NCBI GenBank assembly: GCA_009785505.1 | Contig: WQWA01000005.1 | Location: 7,994-71,993 of the forward strand | Reading direction: 5' to 3' | From: Bacteroidales bacterium | GTDB taxonomy: Bacteria > Bacteroidota > Bacteroidia > Bacteroidales > P3 | DNA: 64,000 bases | In this document: positions 50,594-59,873 of the stretch, one piece after another | Layout of the letters: each line of letters begins with the position of its first letter | How positions within the stretch are numbered: position 1 is the stretch's first letter | Notes under the pieces: generated by a model | Seen by the model: only the letters and a program-made list of their open reading frames with translations | The model's database searches: none | Told to the model about the DNA's origin: nothing | Translations under genes and position numbers: made by a program

Positions 50594-53490
50594 TATCTAA
50601 CAACAATTCTTTCGCTCACCATATTTTCACCCGTTCTACTCCATATGGTCAGCACATAAATTCCTCCAAAATTAGGTGCGGTAATGCTGTTTATTCCCTC
50701 TACGACCAGCTGTCGGGATATTCTACGTCCTAGCAAGTCATGGATCTCCACATATCCTGCCGTAGGTATCGAAATATTAAAAATTTGACTTGCGTTTACA
50801 AGAGTCGGAAACTCGGCTCTAGCGGGACGCAATACCGGTACTATCGGGCAGGTATATACGGTATCTCCTTCTGCACAGCGAATAAATCTCACCTTGTATT
50901 CTGCGTTGAAGTCAAGCGTTTCAAAAGGACCAACGTAAAGATATGAGCGTCTTGCATGCTCACCCGGAATCTCCAGATTGTTTTTATACCATTGGAAACC
51001 TGATAGTCGGCAGTCCTCTTCCATCGGAACGCTGGTCGACAACGCAAGCACATCATTCCACATTTGGATAATAATTGCAACGTTGTAATGAATTGTGAAC
51101 TCAAAATCAAGTTTTTTCTCATCGCAAAAATCCTTTTCGAGTATCAACGTACCGCGGTAAGTGTCCGGGCGCACACCGACAGGCAGAGGAATGTCTATAG
51201 AAAATGCATTAACCGGTTCTCTGATAATATCATTAAAACCTGCAGCACGGGCTTTCTCGTCGAAATAAACAGATTGGTAGCGGGGAGATCCGGAAAAGAC
51301 CACGTAAGACAGATTGAAATAGGCATCACCACGGCATATTATGGGAGGTATCGGATTTAGTTCGGCTATTAAGTACGGGATCACTGTTAAGTTCAAAGTT
51401 ACAATACTGTCGCAACCGTGAATCGTCATTTCATTGAACGTAAATGAACTGTTGGTTGTGCCAATCGGAATAACATTGCCGTGCCAAGTATACGGCAGCT
51501 CACTGTTGCAAATAGTGAGATCTTCCGATAAATGAAATGCAGGATTTATGGTCAAATTCAAAGTTACAATACTATCGCACCCGTGCACCGAACCGCCAAC
51601 AATTGTATAAGTGGCTGTATGGTTGCTTGCCGTGTAAATAATACCATCAATCCAAGTGAAGCTAACGCAGGCAGCTTGTGTGTTAATGCCGTGAGCGATG
51701 GGATGGACAATCAAATTCAAGGTTACAATACTGTCGCAGCCATGTACCGTTTGTCTATGGAAAACAAAAGTGCCGCTCTGCGTGCCGGCCGAGAAAGTCG
51801 TATCACGCCAAACATACGGCAAAGCATTTTCGCAAATCGTATCTCTTACTGTCAAAGCGAAAGACGGATTTACAATCAAAGTGCCTTCCGCCGTGTCTGT
51901 TGTCACATTATCGTCCATAAAAACTACCATTCTTATTTGGTAAGTACCGCCGGCAAAGTTTTTACTCCAAGTCAAGTTATCGCGAGCGGCAGTCTCTTCC
52001 ACATTGTCGATATACCATCTTAAAAATCCGGGATCTGTACTTCTATTTCCGGATATCTCGGCACGAAAACGTGCTGGCCGCGCACAAATGCTATCGAAAG
52101 CCAAGTCCTCAAAGTGAATATCATCGACATAAAAAGCAACATCAAGCGTACGCATAGCCGAAGCAGACAAGTAATAATAAGAGATATGTTGACCTTCTCC
52201 ATAACCCATCACAAAAAGTCCGTCCATATTAAAAAAGGTGTACGACGTATGAAAATCGAGAAGCGGCATAATATAAAATGACCAACCGGAACCATGCTGA
52301 TGCCAAGTACCGCCAGACAAGGCCTGCGGTACTCCGGTACCAACTCTTACAGTAGTATTATATCTAGTTTCAGTAGGTGTAACAATGATAGCATCATGTC
52401 TAAGCAAGGCTGCACTTCCAACAGCAGGAAAAGGAGCAATTAATGCCGAACGAACTGTTTGGGCAATAGCCGGCAACCACGCTTGCGAAGGGTCTGATTG
52501 ACTGGGTGGGTGACTTCCTTCAAAAAGCGATGCACCTGTTACATAAACACAGACTCCTATAGGATAATTTGATTCGATAAAAGCTCCGTTACGAGATAAT
52601 CTGATTTCTAATTCCACCCATTGACCTGCTTGAAGATTGGTAAGCGAAGTTTGTCCTCCCGTACTCATTATTTCTCCACCTGCTTGCGTAATATTAGTGC
52701 CGTCTTGCGAAGCAACAATACGCACTCTATTTACACCTCGACGGGTAACCGGTGCAAAAAAAGTTCTTCCCCAAGTGTTCACCGGTGCTAATTGTTGAAA
52801 TAAATTATCCACTGCAGTTGCTCCGGGATTAGGTATCGCAACACCCTCGCTCAAAGCAAAAAAAGCCACCGGATGATTAGTCGTGATGCGAGTGCCGGTC
52901 AAGTCTGTGGCCACTGTAGAGGCACGATGATATAATGTTTGTCCTCTATTGAGTGTAGTCATATATATACCATTACTGTCTATACGGGTACCATCGTGGA
53001 TGGCTACAATTCCATAAGCATCTCTATAATTTCCAGAAAAAGCCCTATATGAAATATGGATATAGTCAGTACCGAGCACACTTACAGGTAACACATTCGT
53101 TGCATCGGCACTAACACTGCCACCGTTAAAAGCATAAACCGTAATCGAATTGTCGCTGGTTACACGAATACTGCGCCTGCTTATCGCCGGCGTTGTCGGC
53201 ATATTATACACGGAGTCTTTTTGCTGTTGGGTAAGCGGATGCGTAAATACTCCGCCGGCAGGAACAGAAAAAAACATGGAATCATTAAGCGCTGTAAAGT
53301 GTATATACCCCTCAGCGGGCTGTTCGCCTGCTACGATTCGCACTTGCAGACTAACTGCCGTAAGACTTCTAGTACGATTCATTCCGAATGTCAGCCAAAA
53401 ATCCGTACCTCTTGTATCTACTTGTGCGTACGTTGAAAAACTGCATGACAAGAGCAGAATTGCAATAGCAGCGATAATTTTATATTTCAT
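50593..53490 (-). CDS. large secreted protein with T9SS C-terminal sorting domain and three HGCDSIVTLNL repeat modules
   Basis: Signal peptide MKYKIIAAIAILLLSCSFSTYA|Q. N-terminal GTDFWLTFG is like the IgGFc-binding-type domain. Three modules of about 54 aa. C-terminal ...GGIYVLTIWSRTGENMVSERIVVR is T9SS type-A-like. Confidence 0.7.
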   Translation of the reverse strand: MKYKIIAAIAILLLSCSFSTYAQVDTRGTDFWLTFGMNRTRSLTAVSLQVRIVAGEQPAEGYIHFTALNDSMFFSVPAGGVFTHPLTQQQKDSVYNMPTTPAISRRSIRVTSDNSITVYAFNGGSVSADATNVLPVSVLGTDYIHISYRAFSGNYRDAYGIVAIHDGTRIDSNGIYMTTLNRGQTLYHRASTVATDLTGTRITTNHPVAFFALSEGVAIPNPGATAVDNLFQQLAPVNTWGRTFFAPVTRRGVNRVRIVASQDGTNITQAGGEIMSTGGQTSLTNLQAGQWVELEIRLSRNGAFIESNYPIGVCVYVTGASLFEGSHPPSQSDPSQAWLPAIAQTVRSALIAPFPAVGSAALLRHDAIIVTPTETRYNTTVRVGTGVPQALSGGTWHQHGSGWSFYIMPLLDFHTSYTFFNMDGLFVMGYGEGQHISYYYLSASAMRTLDVAFYVDDIHFEDLAFDSICARPARFRAEISGNRSTDPGFLRWYIDNVEETAARDNLTWSKNFAGGTYQIRMVVFMDDNVTTDTAEGTLIVNPSFALTVRDTICENALPYVWRDTTFSAGTQSGTFVFHRQTVHGCDSIVTLNLIVHPIAHGINTQAACVSFTWIDGIIYTASNHTATYTIVGGSVHGCDSIVTLNLTINPAFHLSEDLTICNSELPYTWHGNVIPIGTTNSSFTFNEMTIHGCDSIVTLNLTVIPYLIAELNPIPPIICRGDAYFNLSYVVFSGSPRYQSVYFDEKARAAGFNDIIREPVNAFSIDIPLPVGVRPDTYRGTLILEKDFCDEKKLDFEFTIHYNVAIIIQMWNDVLALSTSVPMEEDCRLSGFQWYKNNLEIPGEHARRSYLYVGPFETLDFNAEYKVRFIRCAEGDTVYTCPIVPVLRPARAEFPTLVNASQIFNISIPTAGYVEIHDLLGRRISRQLVVEGINSITAPNFGGIYVLTIWSRTGENMVSERIVVR

Positions 53491-53550
53491 GCCCGTTGGG
53501 TGCAACTTGTAATTATTTTTCAGTTGCAAAGGTACGAAAAAAAAGTGAAA

Positions 53551-54228
53551 TTACAAGGCCTTTCCCTCTAATATCTGCCAAAGATTTTCCTTTGGGGCAG
53601 GTGCAGTAATTTTTATCGGCTCGTTTTTGATGGGATGAATAAATTCCAAAACACGGGCATGAAGTGAAATTGACCCGTCGCGGTTGGAACGCTCAAAACC
53701 ATATTTCAAATCGCCGCGAACAGGACAGCCGATCTCCGAGAGCTGCACACGGATTTGATGATGACGACCTGTCAGCAATTTGATTTCAAGCAAATAATAA
53801 TTATCGCTTGAAGCTGCAACTTTATACTCTAATTCCGCTTTTTGCCAACCTTTTTTTTCAATATCGGAAGCGTACGATTTATTCTGCTTTTCATTTTTTT
53901 GAAGCCAATGCACTAATCGATCGGAATCTTTTGGCGGTTTATTTCGCACAATCGCCCAATAGGTTTTGTCAAATTCACGATCGTGAATTAGCTTGTTGAC
54001 TCTCGCTAAAGCCTTGTCGGTTTTAGCCAACAGCAAAACGCCGGAAGTCGGGCGATCCAAACGATGAGGCAAGCCTACATAAACATTTCCGGGCTTGTTG
54101 CCGCGTTTTTTCAAAAAAGATTTCACTTCCTCAACTATACACACATCGCCGGTTTTATCGCCTTGAACGATTTCGCCGGAACGTTTGTTAATGGCGACTA
54201 AATGGTTGTCTTCGTAAAGGATGTTCAT
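53551..54228 (-). CDS. RluA-family pseudouridine synthase
   Basis: HRLDRPTSGVLLLAKT catalytic motif. Start taken at MNILYEDNHLVAINK, after the promoter. Confidence 0.88.
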   Translation of the reverse strand: MNILYEDNHLVAINKRSGEIVQGDKTGDVCIVEEVKSFLKKRGNKPGNVYVGLPHRLDRPTSGVLLLAKTDKALARVNKLIHDREFDKTYWAIVRNKPPKDSDRLVHWLQKNEKQNKSYASDIEKKGWQKAELEYKVAASSDNYYLLEIKLLTGRHHQIRVQLSEIGCPVRGDLKYGFERSNRDGSISLHARVLEFIHPIKNEPIKITAPAPKENLWQILEGKAL

Positions 54229-54234
54229 AATTTT

Positions 54235-54271
54235 CCGCAAAGATACGAAAAAAAAATGTATCTTTGCAAAA
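54235..54271. promoter_or_regulatory. palindromic bidirectional promoter module
   Basis: CCGCAAAGATACGAAAAAAAAATGTATCTTTGCAAAAG lies between the starts at 54228(-) and 54330(+). Confidence 0.6.
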
Positions 54272-54329
54272 GAAATTAATAGTATATCAGGATATTTACC
54301 ATGGAATATACGAAAAGTAAAAGAACAAA

Positions 54330-55115
54330 ATGTACCATTACCAAGAATATAAGTCCGACATACGATTAACCCCTTGGATAGAAAACTATTGGTTAGCAAC
54401 CGATTTTGTGCCGAGCGGGATTTATGCAAAAGTTTTGCCTGATGCCTATGCAGATATTATTTTCGATTTCGACAGTACAAAGGGTATTTCCCGTGCCACA
54501 ATTTTCGGTACGATGACAAACTTTTTTGAAGTCGATTCCACAAAACACACGCAAATGTTCGGCATCCGCTTCAAACCTGCGGCTATCACGGCTTTTACGC
54601 GCGTTCCGCAAATGGAGCTTACCAATCGAAGCGTAGAGTTGGCATTGCTCGAAACGTTGTTCGACAAATCATTTTACGAAACTTTTCCCGAAAAACAATC
54701 GGCACAGGAAATTATTGCACATACGAACAATCATTTGATAAAAATGCTTCCGCATTTGTATTCTCCCGATGTTCAAATACTTCGTGCCGTAGATGTCATA
54801 AATTTTACAAAAGGACAATTAAATCTCACTCGCCTTGCTTCCGATATTTGCCTCAGCCAACGGCATTTTGAGCGCAGATTTAAGACGGCAATCGGTGTAA
54901 GCCCCAAAATGTTTGCAAAAATTATCCGATTTACACACACTATACAAGACATCGTAAAATATCCGGAAAAAGACCTGCTCACGATTGCTTTAGAACGTGG
55001 ATACTACGACGGCACACACCTGATGAAAGAAATTAAATCTTTTTCGGGTGATACGCCTACTGATGTCCGCAAAAAAAGGGAAGTTTATTATGCTCCCGAT
55101 GAGTGCTACGTGTAA
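54330..55115 (+). CDS. AraC-family transcriptional regulator
   Basis: C-terminal double HTH (LASDICLSQRHFERRFK..GVSPKMFAKIIRF...GYYDGTHLMKEIK). Confidence 0.85.
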   Translation: MYHYQEYKSDIRLTPWIENYWLATDFVPSGIYAKVLPDAYADIIFDFDSTKGISRATIFGTMTNFFEVDSTKHTQMFGIRFKPAAITAFTRVPQMELTNRSVELALLETLFDKSFYETFPEKQSAQEIIAHTNNHLIKMLPHLYSPDVQILRAVDVINFTKGQLNLTRLASDICLSQRHFERRFKTAIGVSPKMFAKIIRFTHTIQDIVKYPEKDLLTIALERGYYDGTHLMKEIKSFSGDTPTDVRKKREVYYAPDECYV

Positions 55116-55150
55116 AAAGTCGATTTTTTACGCTTCTGCATTTGCCTATA

Positions 55151-55166
55151 TGTCGTATCTTTGCAC
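55151..55166 (+). promoter_or_regulatory. Bacteroidota-type promoter
   Basis: TGTCGTATCTTTGCAC. The -7 box ends about 23 nt upstream of the ATG at 55187. Confidence 0.5.
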
Positions 55167-55186
55167 TCTTAAATAAAAAAATAGAT

Positions 55187-55603
55187 ATGAAAACGTTTAT
55201 GTACGCATTCGTAAAAGGAACGGATAAGGCAGTTCCTTTCTACCAAAAGGCTTTTGATGCCAAAGTTGAATACGAAAAAGAGGATTTGTTCGACGATGGA
55301 ACATTCGCACACGTTGTGCTGAAATTTGACGGTCAGTGGCTCGGTTTTAGCGAGCAAAACGTAGAAAATCCCGACTCTATTGACGGCGATAAATCTTACA
55401 GCGGAAACATTATGCAGTTTTGTTTGCTGTTTGATGCCAATGAGGAAGCCAAAATTAGAAAAGCCTACGAAGTATTGAAGCAAGATGCTGAAATTCGTAC
55501 ACCACTTCAAAAAATAGAATACGCTGACTTGATTTGTGATTTCACCGATAAATTCGGCATTCGCTGGTGTATGGCAATAGAAAAATTAAACGTAAAAAAA
55601 TAA
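55187..55603 (+). CDS. VOC-superfamily protein, PhnB-like
   Basis: 138 aa, with AVPFYQKAFDAKV...FGIRW typical of PhnB/3-dmu-9_3-mt-like VOC proteins. Confidence 0.65.
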   Translation: MKTFMYAFVKGTDKAVPFYQKAFDAKVEYEKEDLFDDGTFAHVVLKFDGQWLGFSEQNVENPDSIDGDKSYSGNIMQFCLLFDANEEAKIRKAYEVLKQDAEIRTPLQKIEYADLICDFTDKFGIRWCMAIEKLNVKK

Positions 55604-55631
55604 ATCAAATTAACTTTTAAGAAAAAAAATA

Positions 55632-56375
55632 ATGAATAATACATTTTCAAATAAATTCGTCGCTGATGAAAAGAATCTTGCACTATTGCAAGAAACAATG
55701 TGGGGACCAAATGCAATACGGCAAGCTGAGGAATTGGCTTCGCATTTCACAATCACAAAAGATATGAAAATCCTTGATTTGGGCTGTGGACCGGGCTTGT
55801 CATCGTTGTATTTAGTGCAAGAATATGGCGCAAATATTTTTTCCACCGATTTATACGCTGACCCAACCGAAAATTATAAGAGATTTCAATCACTCGGCAT
55901 TGCGGATAAAATCGTTCCGATGATGATAGACGCTGCACAGCCGTTGCCGTTTGCAAAACGTTACTTCGACGTGATTTTTTCGGTAGGTGCGTACAATATG
56001 TTTGGCGATACTGAGGAAATGTTGCCGAATTTTATTTCGTATGTAAAAAAAGGCGGTTATATTGCCGTTTCATTTCCAGGGTTGAAGTACGATTTTGGCG
56101 ATAATGTTCCGCCGGAAATGCAACCGTTCTGGGATGTTCCTGATGTCGAAAGATATGTCCGAGGCATTGGATGGTGGAAGGACTTGTTTAGCAAGGCAGA
56201 GGGAATCGAAATTGTGAACATCAGCGAACAGGCTTGCCACGATATAGCTTGGAAAGAATACCTTGCAATCTTTAACCCTTCTTCTGTTGAACAAAAAAAA
56301 TGGGATTTGGATATGGTGGCGGCAGAAGATGGAAAATATTTTAATACAATCCAACTGATCGCCAAAGTCATATAA
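55632..56375 (+). CDS. class I SAM-dependent methyltransferase
   Basis: ILDLGCGPGLSS motif I. Confidence 0.8.
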   Translation: MNNTFSNKFVADEKNLALLQETMWGPNAIRQAEELASHFTITKDMKILDLGCGPGLSSLYLVQEYGANIFSTDLYADPTENYKRFQSLGIADKIVPMMIDAAQPLPFAKRYFDVIFSVGAYNMFGDTEEMLPNFISYVKKGGYIAVSFPGLKYDFGDNVPPEMQPFWDVPDVERYVRGIGWWKDLFSKAEGIEIVNISEQACHDIAWKEYLAIFNPSSVEQKKWDLDMVAAEDGKYFNTIQLIAKVI

Positions 56376-56427
56376 GTATTAAACCGCAGAACTCAATAAA
56401 AATTTATAAAAACAGGAGGAATAAATT

Positions 56428-56865
56428 ATGGTAAAAGTAAAAATGACACCTGCACTTGGCTTCAATGGACAATGCAATGAAGCAATAGCACTTTACGAAA
56501 GAGCTTTCGGTGCAAAAATTAGAGAAAAAGTGCTTTACTCACAAGCCAATCCAAAAGATTTTCAATACAAACCTGAAGAAAAAGATTTTGTTTTCTATGC
56601 CGAAATGTCGATTGGTAATAAGCGCATTTCATTAGGCGACGATTCAATGAATCTACTAGGCGAAATAGAGCCAACAAATTCTCACAAAATGAGCCTTTTA
56701 ATGGAATTTGAATCAGACGAAGCATTAAAAACAGCTTACGAAATCTTGTCCGCTGGAGCAACCATTATCACACCTTTATGCAACACAACATATTGCACCG
56801 CTTATGTAGTTTTGGTTGATAAATTCGGCATACGTTGGGATTTAATGAGCGGGTACGAAGGATAA
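56428..56865 (+). CDS. VOC-superfamily protein, PhnB-like
   Basis: TPALGFNGQCNEAIALYERAFGA...DKFGIRWDL. Confidence 0.72.
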   Translation: MVKVKMTPALGFNGQCNEAIALYERAFGAKIREKVLYSQANPKDFQYKPEEKDFVFYAEMSIGNKRISLGDDSMNLLGEIEPTNSHKMSLLMEFESDEALKTAYEILSAGATIITPLCNTTYCTAYVVLVDKFGIRWDLMSGYEG

Positions 56866-56888
56866 TTAACTTTTAAAAATATAGTATT

Positions 56889-57302
56889 ATGAAATTTTGC
56901 AATGTAAGATTGTTAGTCAAAGACTACCAAAAGTGTTTAGAGTTTTACACCCAAAAACTCGGTTTTGAAGCTGTTTATAAGATAGACGGTATGGAATACG
57001 AAGCTTTCAAAGTGGCGGAAGGATTTGCCGGCGAAGGACTTGCTATGTTTTCAAGCGACGCAATGGCACAGTTTTTGGGCAATGCCGACAAAACTCAGCC
57101 GTCGGGTTGTCGCGAGAAATTAATGATTTCTTTCGAAACAGAAAATGTAGATGAAACTTACGAAACACTTTTGAAAAAAGGTGTTAAATTCATTAATCAG
57201 CCAACAGACTGGACAGGCGCCGGAATGCGAGTTGTCCACTTGCACGACCCGGAGGAAAATCTGATTGAACTTTACACGCCTCTGGAAACATGTAAAAAGT
57301 AA
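56889..57302 (+). CDS. VOC-family glyoxalase/bleomycin-resistance-like protein
   Basis: LLVKDYQKCLEFYTQKLGFE...HLHDPEENLIEL. Confidence 0.78.
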   Translation: MKFCNVRLLVKDYQKCLEFYTQKLGFEAVYKIDGMEYEAFKVAEGFAGEGLAMFSSDAMAQFLGNADKTQPSGCREKLMISFETENVDETYETLLKKGVKFINQPTDWTGAGMRVVHLHDPEENLIELYTPLETCKK

Positions 57303-57327
57303 GATTTTAGTACGAAGTCTCAAACCG

Positions 57328-57373
57328 ACTGCCTTGTCAATTACAAATAAAAAACGTAATTGCACAAGGCAGT
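57328..57373. terminator. long hairpin between convergent genes
   Basis: ACTGCCTTGTCAATTAC ... GTAATTGCACAAGGCAGT (one indel), with an A/T-rich loop. Lies between the stops at 57302(+) and 57407(-). Confidence 0.55.
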
Positions 57374-57406
57374 TTGCGAATTGGAATGAATGTAGGTTGA
57401 TTATCT

Positions 57407-58225
57407 TTAATACTGCTCCTTAACATTCGGAAAATCATGTGTTTTCACATCATCAACATATCGCCGAACAGCATCTCCGATAACATCATTCAAATTCGCA
57501 TAGCGTCGTAAAAAACGTGGCGAAAAATCCTGCGTAATACCGAGCATATCGTGTAAAACAAGAACCTGTCCATCGGCAGCACATCCGGCTCCAATACCAA
57601 TAATCGGGATCGCCAGCTCCTTAACAACTTTTTTAGTCAATTTTGCCGGAATTTTTTCCAAAACAATAGAAAAGCATCCTATTTTTTCAAGTAAAACCGC
57701 ATCTTTGACAAGTTTATCGGCTTCCGCTTTTTCGGTCGCACGAACCACATAAGTCCCGAATTTATTGATAGATTGCGGTGTTAAGCCCAAATGCCCCATC
57801 ACCGGAATTCCTGCTGAGAGAATACGTTCAACCGATTCCACAATCTCTTTTCCCCCTTCCAATTTCACTGCATCGGCACCGGTTTCCTTCATGATGCGAA
57901 TTGCCGAAGCAAGCGCTTCTCTCGAGTTGCCTTGATACGAACCAAAAGGCAAGTCCACTACGACCAATGCACGTTCCACGGCTTTAACAACCGATCTACC
58001 GTGATATATCATTTGATCCAAGGTAATCGGCAAAGTCGTTCGATGCCCTCCAATCACATTAGCGGCCGAGTCGCCAACCAAAATAACATCTATATTCGCC
58101 TGATCAATGATCTTTGCAGTCGTATAATCGTAGGCTGTAAGCATAGCAATCTTTTTACCATGTTCTTTCATTCCACGCAAAACCTGCGTCGTTACTTTCG
58201 TAATATCTTGCTTCGTTTTTTTCAT
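57407..58225 (-). CDS. panB: 3-methyl-2-oxobutanoate hydroxymethyltransferase
   Basis: MLTAYDY...ILVGDS...KLEGG signature blocks. 272 aa. Confidence 0.95.
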   Translation of the reverse strand: MKKTKQDITKVTTQVLRGMKEHGKKIAMLTAYDYTTAKIIDQANIDVILVGDSAANVIGGHRTTLPITLDQMIYHGRSVVKAVERALVVVDLPFGSYQGNSREALASAIRIMKETGADAVKLEGGKEIVESVERILSAGIPVMGHLGLTPQSINKFGTYVVRATEKAEADKLVKDAVLLEKIGCFSIVLEKIPAKLTKKVVKELAIPIIGIGAGCAADGQVLVLHDMLGITQDFSPRFLRRYANLNDVIGDAVRRYVDDVKTHDFPNVKEQY

Positions 58226-58273
58226 TGTAGGATAAAAATTTTCTGCAAAGTTACGAAAAAATTTGGCTAATTC

Positions 58274-58299
58274 AAAAAAAAATCGTATCTTTGCAATCC
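58274..58299 (+). promoter_or_regulatory. Bacteroidota-type promoter for rpsU
   Basis: AAAAAAAAATCGTATCTTTGCAATCC. The divergent panB promoter (CTGCAAAGTTACGAAAAAA) is at 58243..58261. Confidence 0.6.
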
Positions 58300-58345
58300 A
58301 AAAGTTAGAAATTATTCACTTAAATGAAAGGAAAAGGTATTTAGT

Positions 58346-58549
58346 ATGATCATTGTACCCCTAAAAGAAGGCGAAAACATTGACCGAGGTTTGAAAAAAT
58401 TCAAACGTAAGTTTGAAAAAACAGGAGTTGTTAAAGAGTTGAGAAGACGCAAACAATTCGAAAAGCCATCGGTTATCGCTCGGGCACAACGTAAAAAAGC
58501 GATCTACGTTCAGCAACTTCGCGATGCAGCCGAAGCAAGCATGATGTAA
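58346..58549 (+). CDS. rpsU: 30S ribosomal protein S21
   Basis: MIIVPLKEGENIDRGLKKFKRKFEKTGVVKELRRR. Confidence 0.93.
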   Translation: MIIVPLKEGENIDRGLKKFKRKFEKTGVVKELRRRKQFEKPSVIARAQRKKAIYVQQLRDAAEASMM

Positions 58550-58572
58550 GCTTTTTGCTAAATCTGATTAGG

Positions 58573-58600
58573 AACGAAACACGTAGTGTTTCGTTTTTTT
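58573..58600 (+). terminator. rho-independent terminator after rpsU
   Basis: AACGAAACAC-GTA-GTGTTTCGTT followed by TTTTT. A second short palindrome, AGAGGCGCCTCT + T-tract, follows at 58606..58621. Confidence 0.75.
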
Positions 58601-58622
58601 GTATAGAGGCGCCTCTTTTTTC

Positions 58623-58692
58623 CGTCATTGCGAACGCAGTGAAGCAATCTAGTCATTTGGATTGCTTCGGCACGCTGTGCCTCGCAATGACG
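58623..58692. repeat. 70-nt imperfect palindromic element (CGTCATTGCGA ... TCGCAATGACG)
   Basis: Outer 11-bp perfect stem plus inner stem GAAGCAATC/GATTGCTTC. GC-rich relative to its surroundings. Related to the hairpin at 409..427. Confidence 0.7.
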
Positions 58693-58713
58693 TTATCGTT
58701 AGTTTTTGTACGA

Positions 58714-59772
58714 TTATTGTTTTTTCAACAGTCCTGACAATTTTATCGAGAGGTCGAACATCACCAAATGCCCGTTAGCGTTGCGCTCGATGTGATATAT
58801 CGCTTTTTCGACTTCTGCAACAAATTTCACTAAATTGTTGGAATGAATGTACGGCGAAAATTTCGTTAGAAATGTTTGTTCCTCCGAAGAAACAAATACA
58901 TGGTCGAGGTTGTGGTAATTTATCATCACCGTCCAACGAATCTTATCTAGGGCTTGATTCAAAAATAATTTCAAGCGTTCGCGTCCCAGGTCTTTCATTT
59001 TTTTTGAAAACTCGTTCATTTGAGCTGTGTCTACTTTCAGGCACATCCGCATCCAATCTACAAAATTATCGTGATTGAAATTGTCGTCGTCGGTTCGAGT
59101 GATTACCTCGTTAATTTTCGGCACACGAATGATTTGCGTCCGAGATAAAATCGTTGCAGGAATTTGATTTGAATTTTCGGCAATCAGCAAAAACACTGTC
59201 CCTTCAGAAGGTTCTTCAAGTACTTTTAACAGTTTGGTAGAAATATCGCTGTAAAATTTTTCCACCATCCAAAGGATAATGACTTTCGTTGGAGCTTCAA
59301 AATTTTTATACGTCAATATCTTGATTATATTGTCTACATCACGCTTGTTGATGTAGCCTTGGCTGTTTCCCAATCCGATTGCGTCATACCACTGATTTAA
59401 CGAAAATTCCGCATGATATTCGGTTATCATTTTTCGCCAGTCATCCATATAATCGCTACTGTCGCTCTCTTTCATCGAACCCGTTTTATTGTTCGGAAAG
59501 AAAAAATGCAAGTCAGGATGTGCCAAATTTTGAAATTTTATACATGATGTACACGTTCCACACGAATCTGCCAAAAGACCATCAGCACTAACTTCCTGAA
59601 AAATCTGTCTGTTTTTGCAATTCAAAAATTGCCCGTAAGCAATCGCTAATGCTAACTTCTGATTTCCTTTATGACCTAAAAAAAGTTGAGCGTGCGGAAC
59701 ACGTCCACTCAAAGCCATAGCGGTAAGTTTCCGAATTAATTCGCGTTGTCCTATAACATTTTTAAATTGCAT
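58714..59772 (-). CDS. holB: DNA polymerase III subunit delta'
   Basis: N-terminal ...SGRVPHAQLFLGHKGNQKLALA..., a Cys cluster CGTCTSC, and ILSRTQ (SRC-like) motif. Confidence 0.82.
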   Translation of the reverse strand: MQFKNVIGQRELIRKLTAMALSGRVPHAQLFLGHKGNQKLALAIAYGQFLNCKNRQIFQEVSADGLLADSCGTCTSCIKFQNLAHPDLHFFFPNNKTGSMKESDSSDYMDDWRKMITEYHAEFSLNQWYDAIGLGNSQGYINKRDVDNIIKILTYKNFEAPTKVIILWMVEKFYSDISTKLLKVLEEPSEGTVFLLIAENSNQIPATILSRTQIIRVPKINEVITRTDDDNFNHDNFVDWMRMCLKVDTAQMNEFSKKMKDLGRERLKLFLNQALDKIRWTVMINYHNLDHVFVSSEEQTFLTKFSPYIHSNNLVKFVAEVEKAIYHIERNANGHLVMFDLSIKLSGLLKKQ

Positions 59773-59783
59773 TGGGTACTATT

Positions 59784-59811
59784 TCCAAAGATACAAAGAT
59801 ACAAAAAAAAA
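59784..59811 (-). promoter_or_regulatory. promoter for holB with duplicated -7 box
   Basis: The reverse complement reads TTTTTTTTTGTATCTTTGTATCTTTGGAA. Confidence 0.5.
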
Positions 59812-59873
59812 TGAACATAGCAAGGGGGATGTCTCGACTTCGCTCCGCTTCGCTCGACATGACGGTTGTTTAA

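Noticed and set aside
54301-54369. 22-codon upstream ORF overlapping the AraC start in another frame
   Set aside because: It is short and has no distinguishing features. It cannot be separated from chance without conservation data.
59809-59871. 20-codon plus-strand ORF (MNIARGMSRLRSASLDMTVV) between holB and the DUF4249-like gene
   Set aside because: It is encoded by a CGACTTCGCTC-type intergenic repeat (related to 5501..5552) and lies between two minus-strand genes. It has no promoter.
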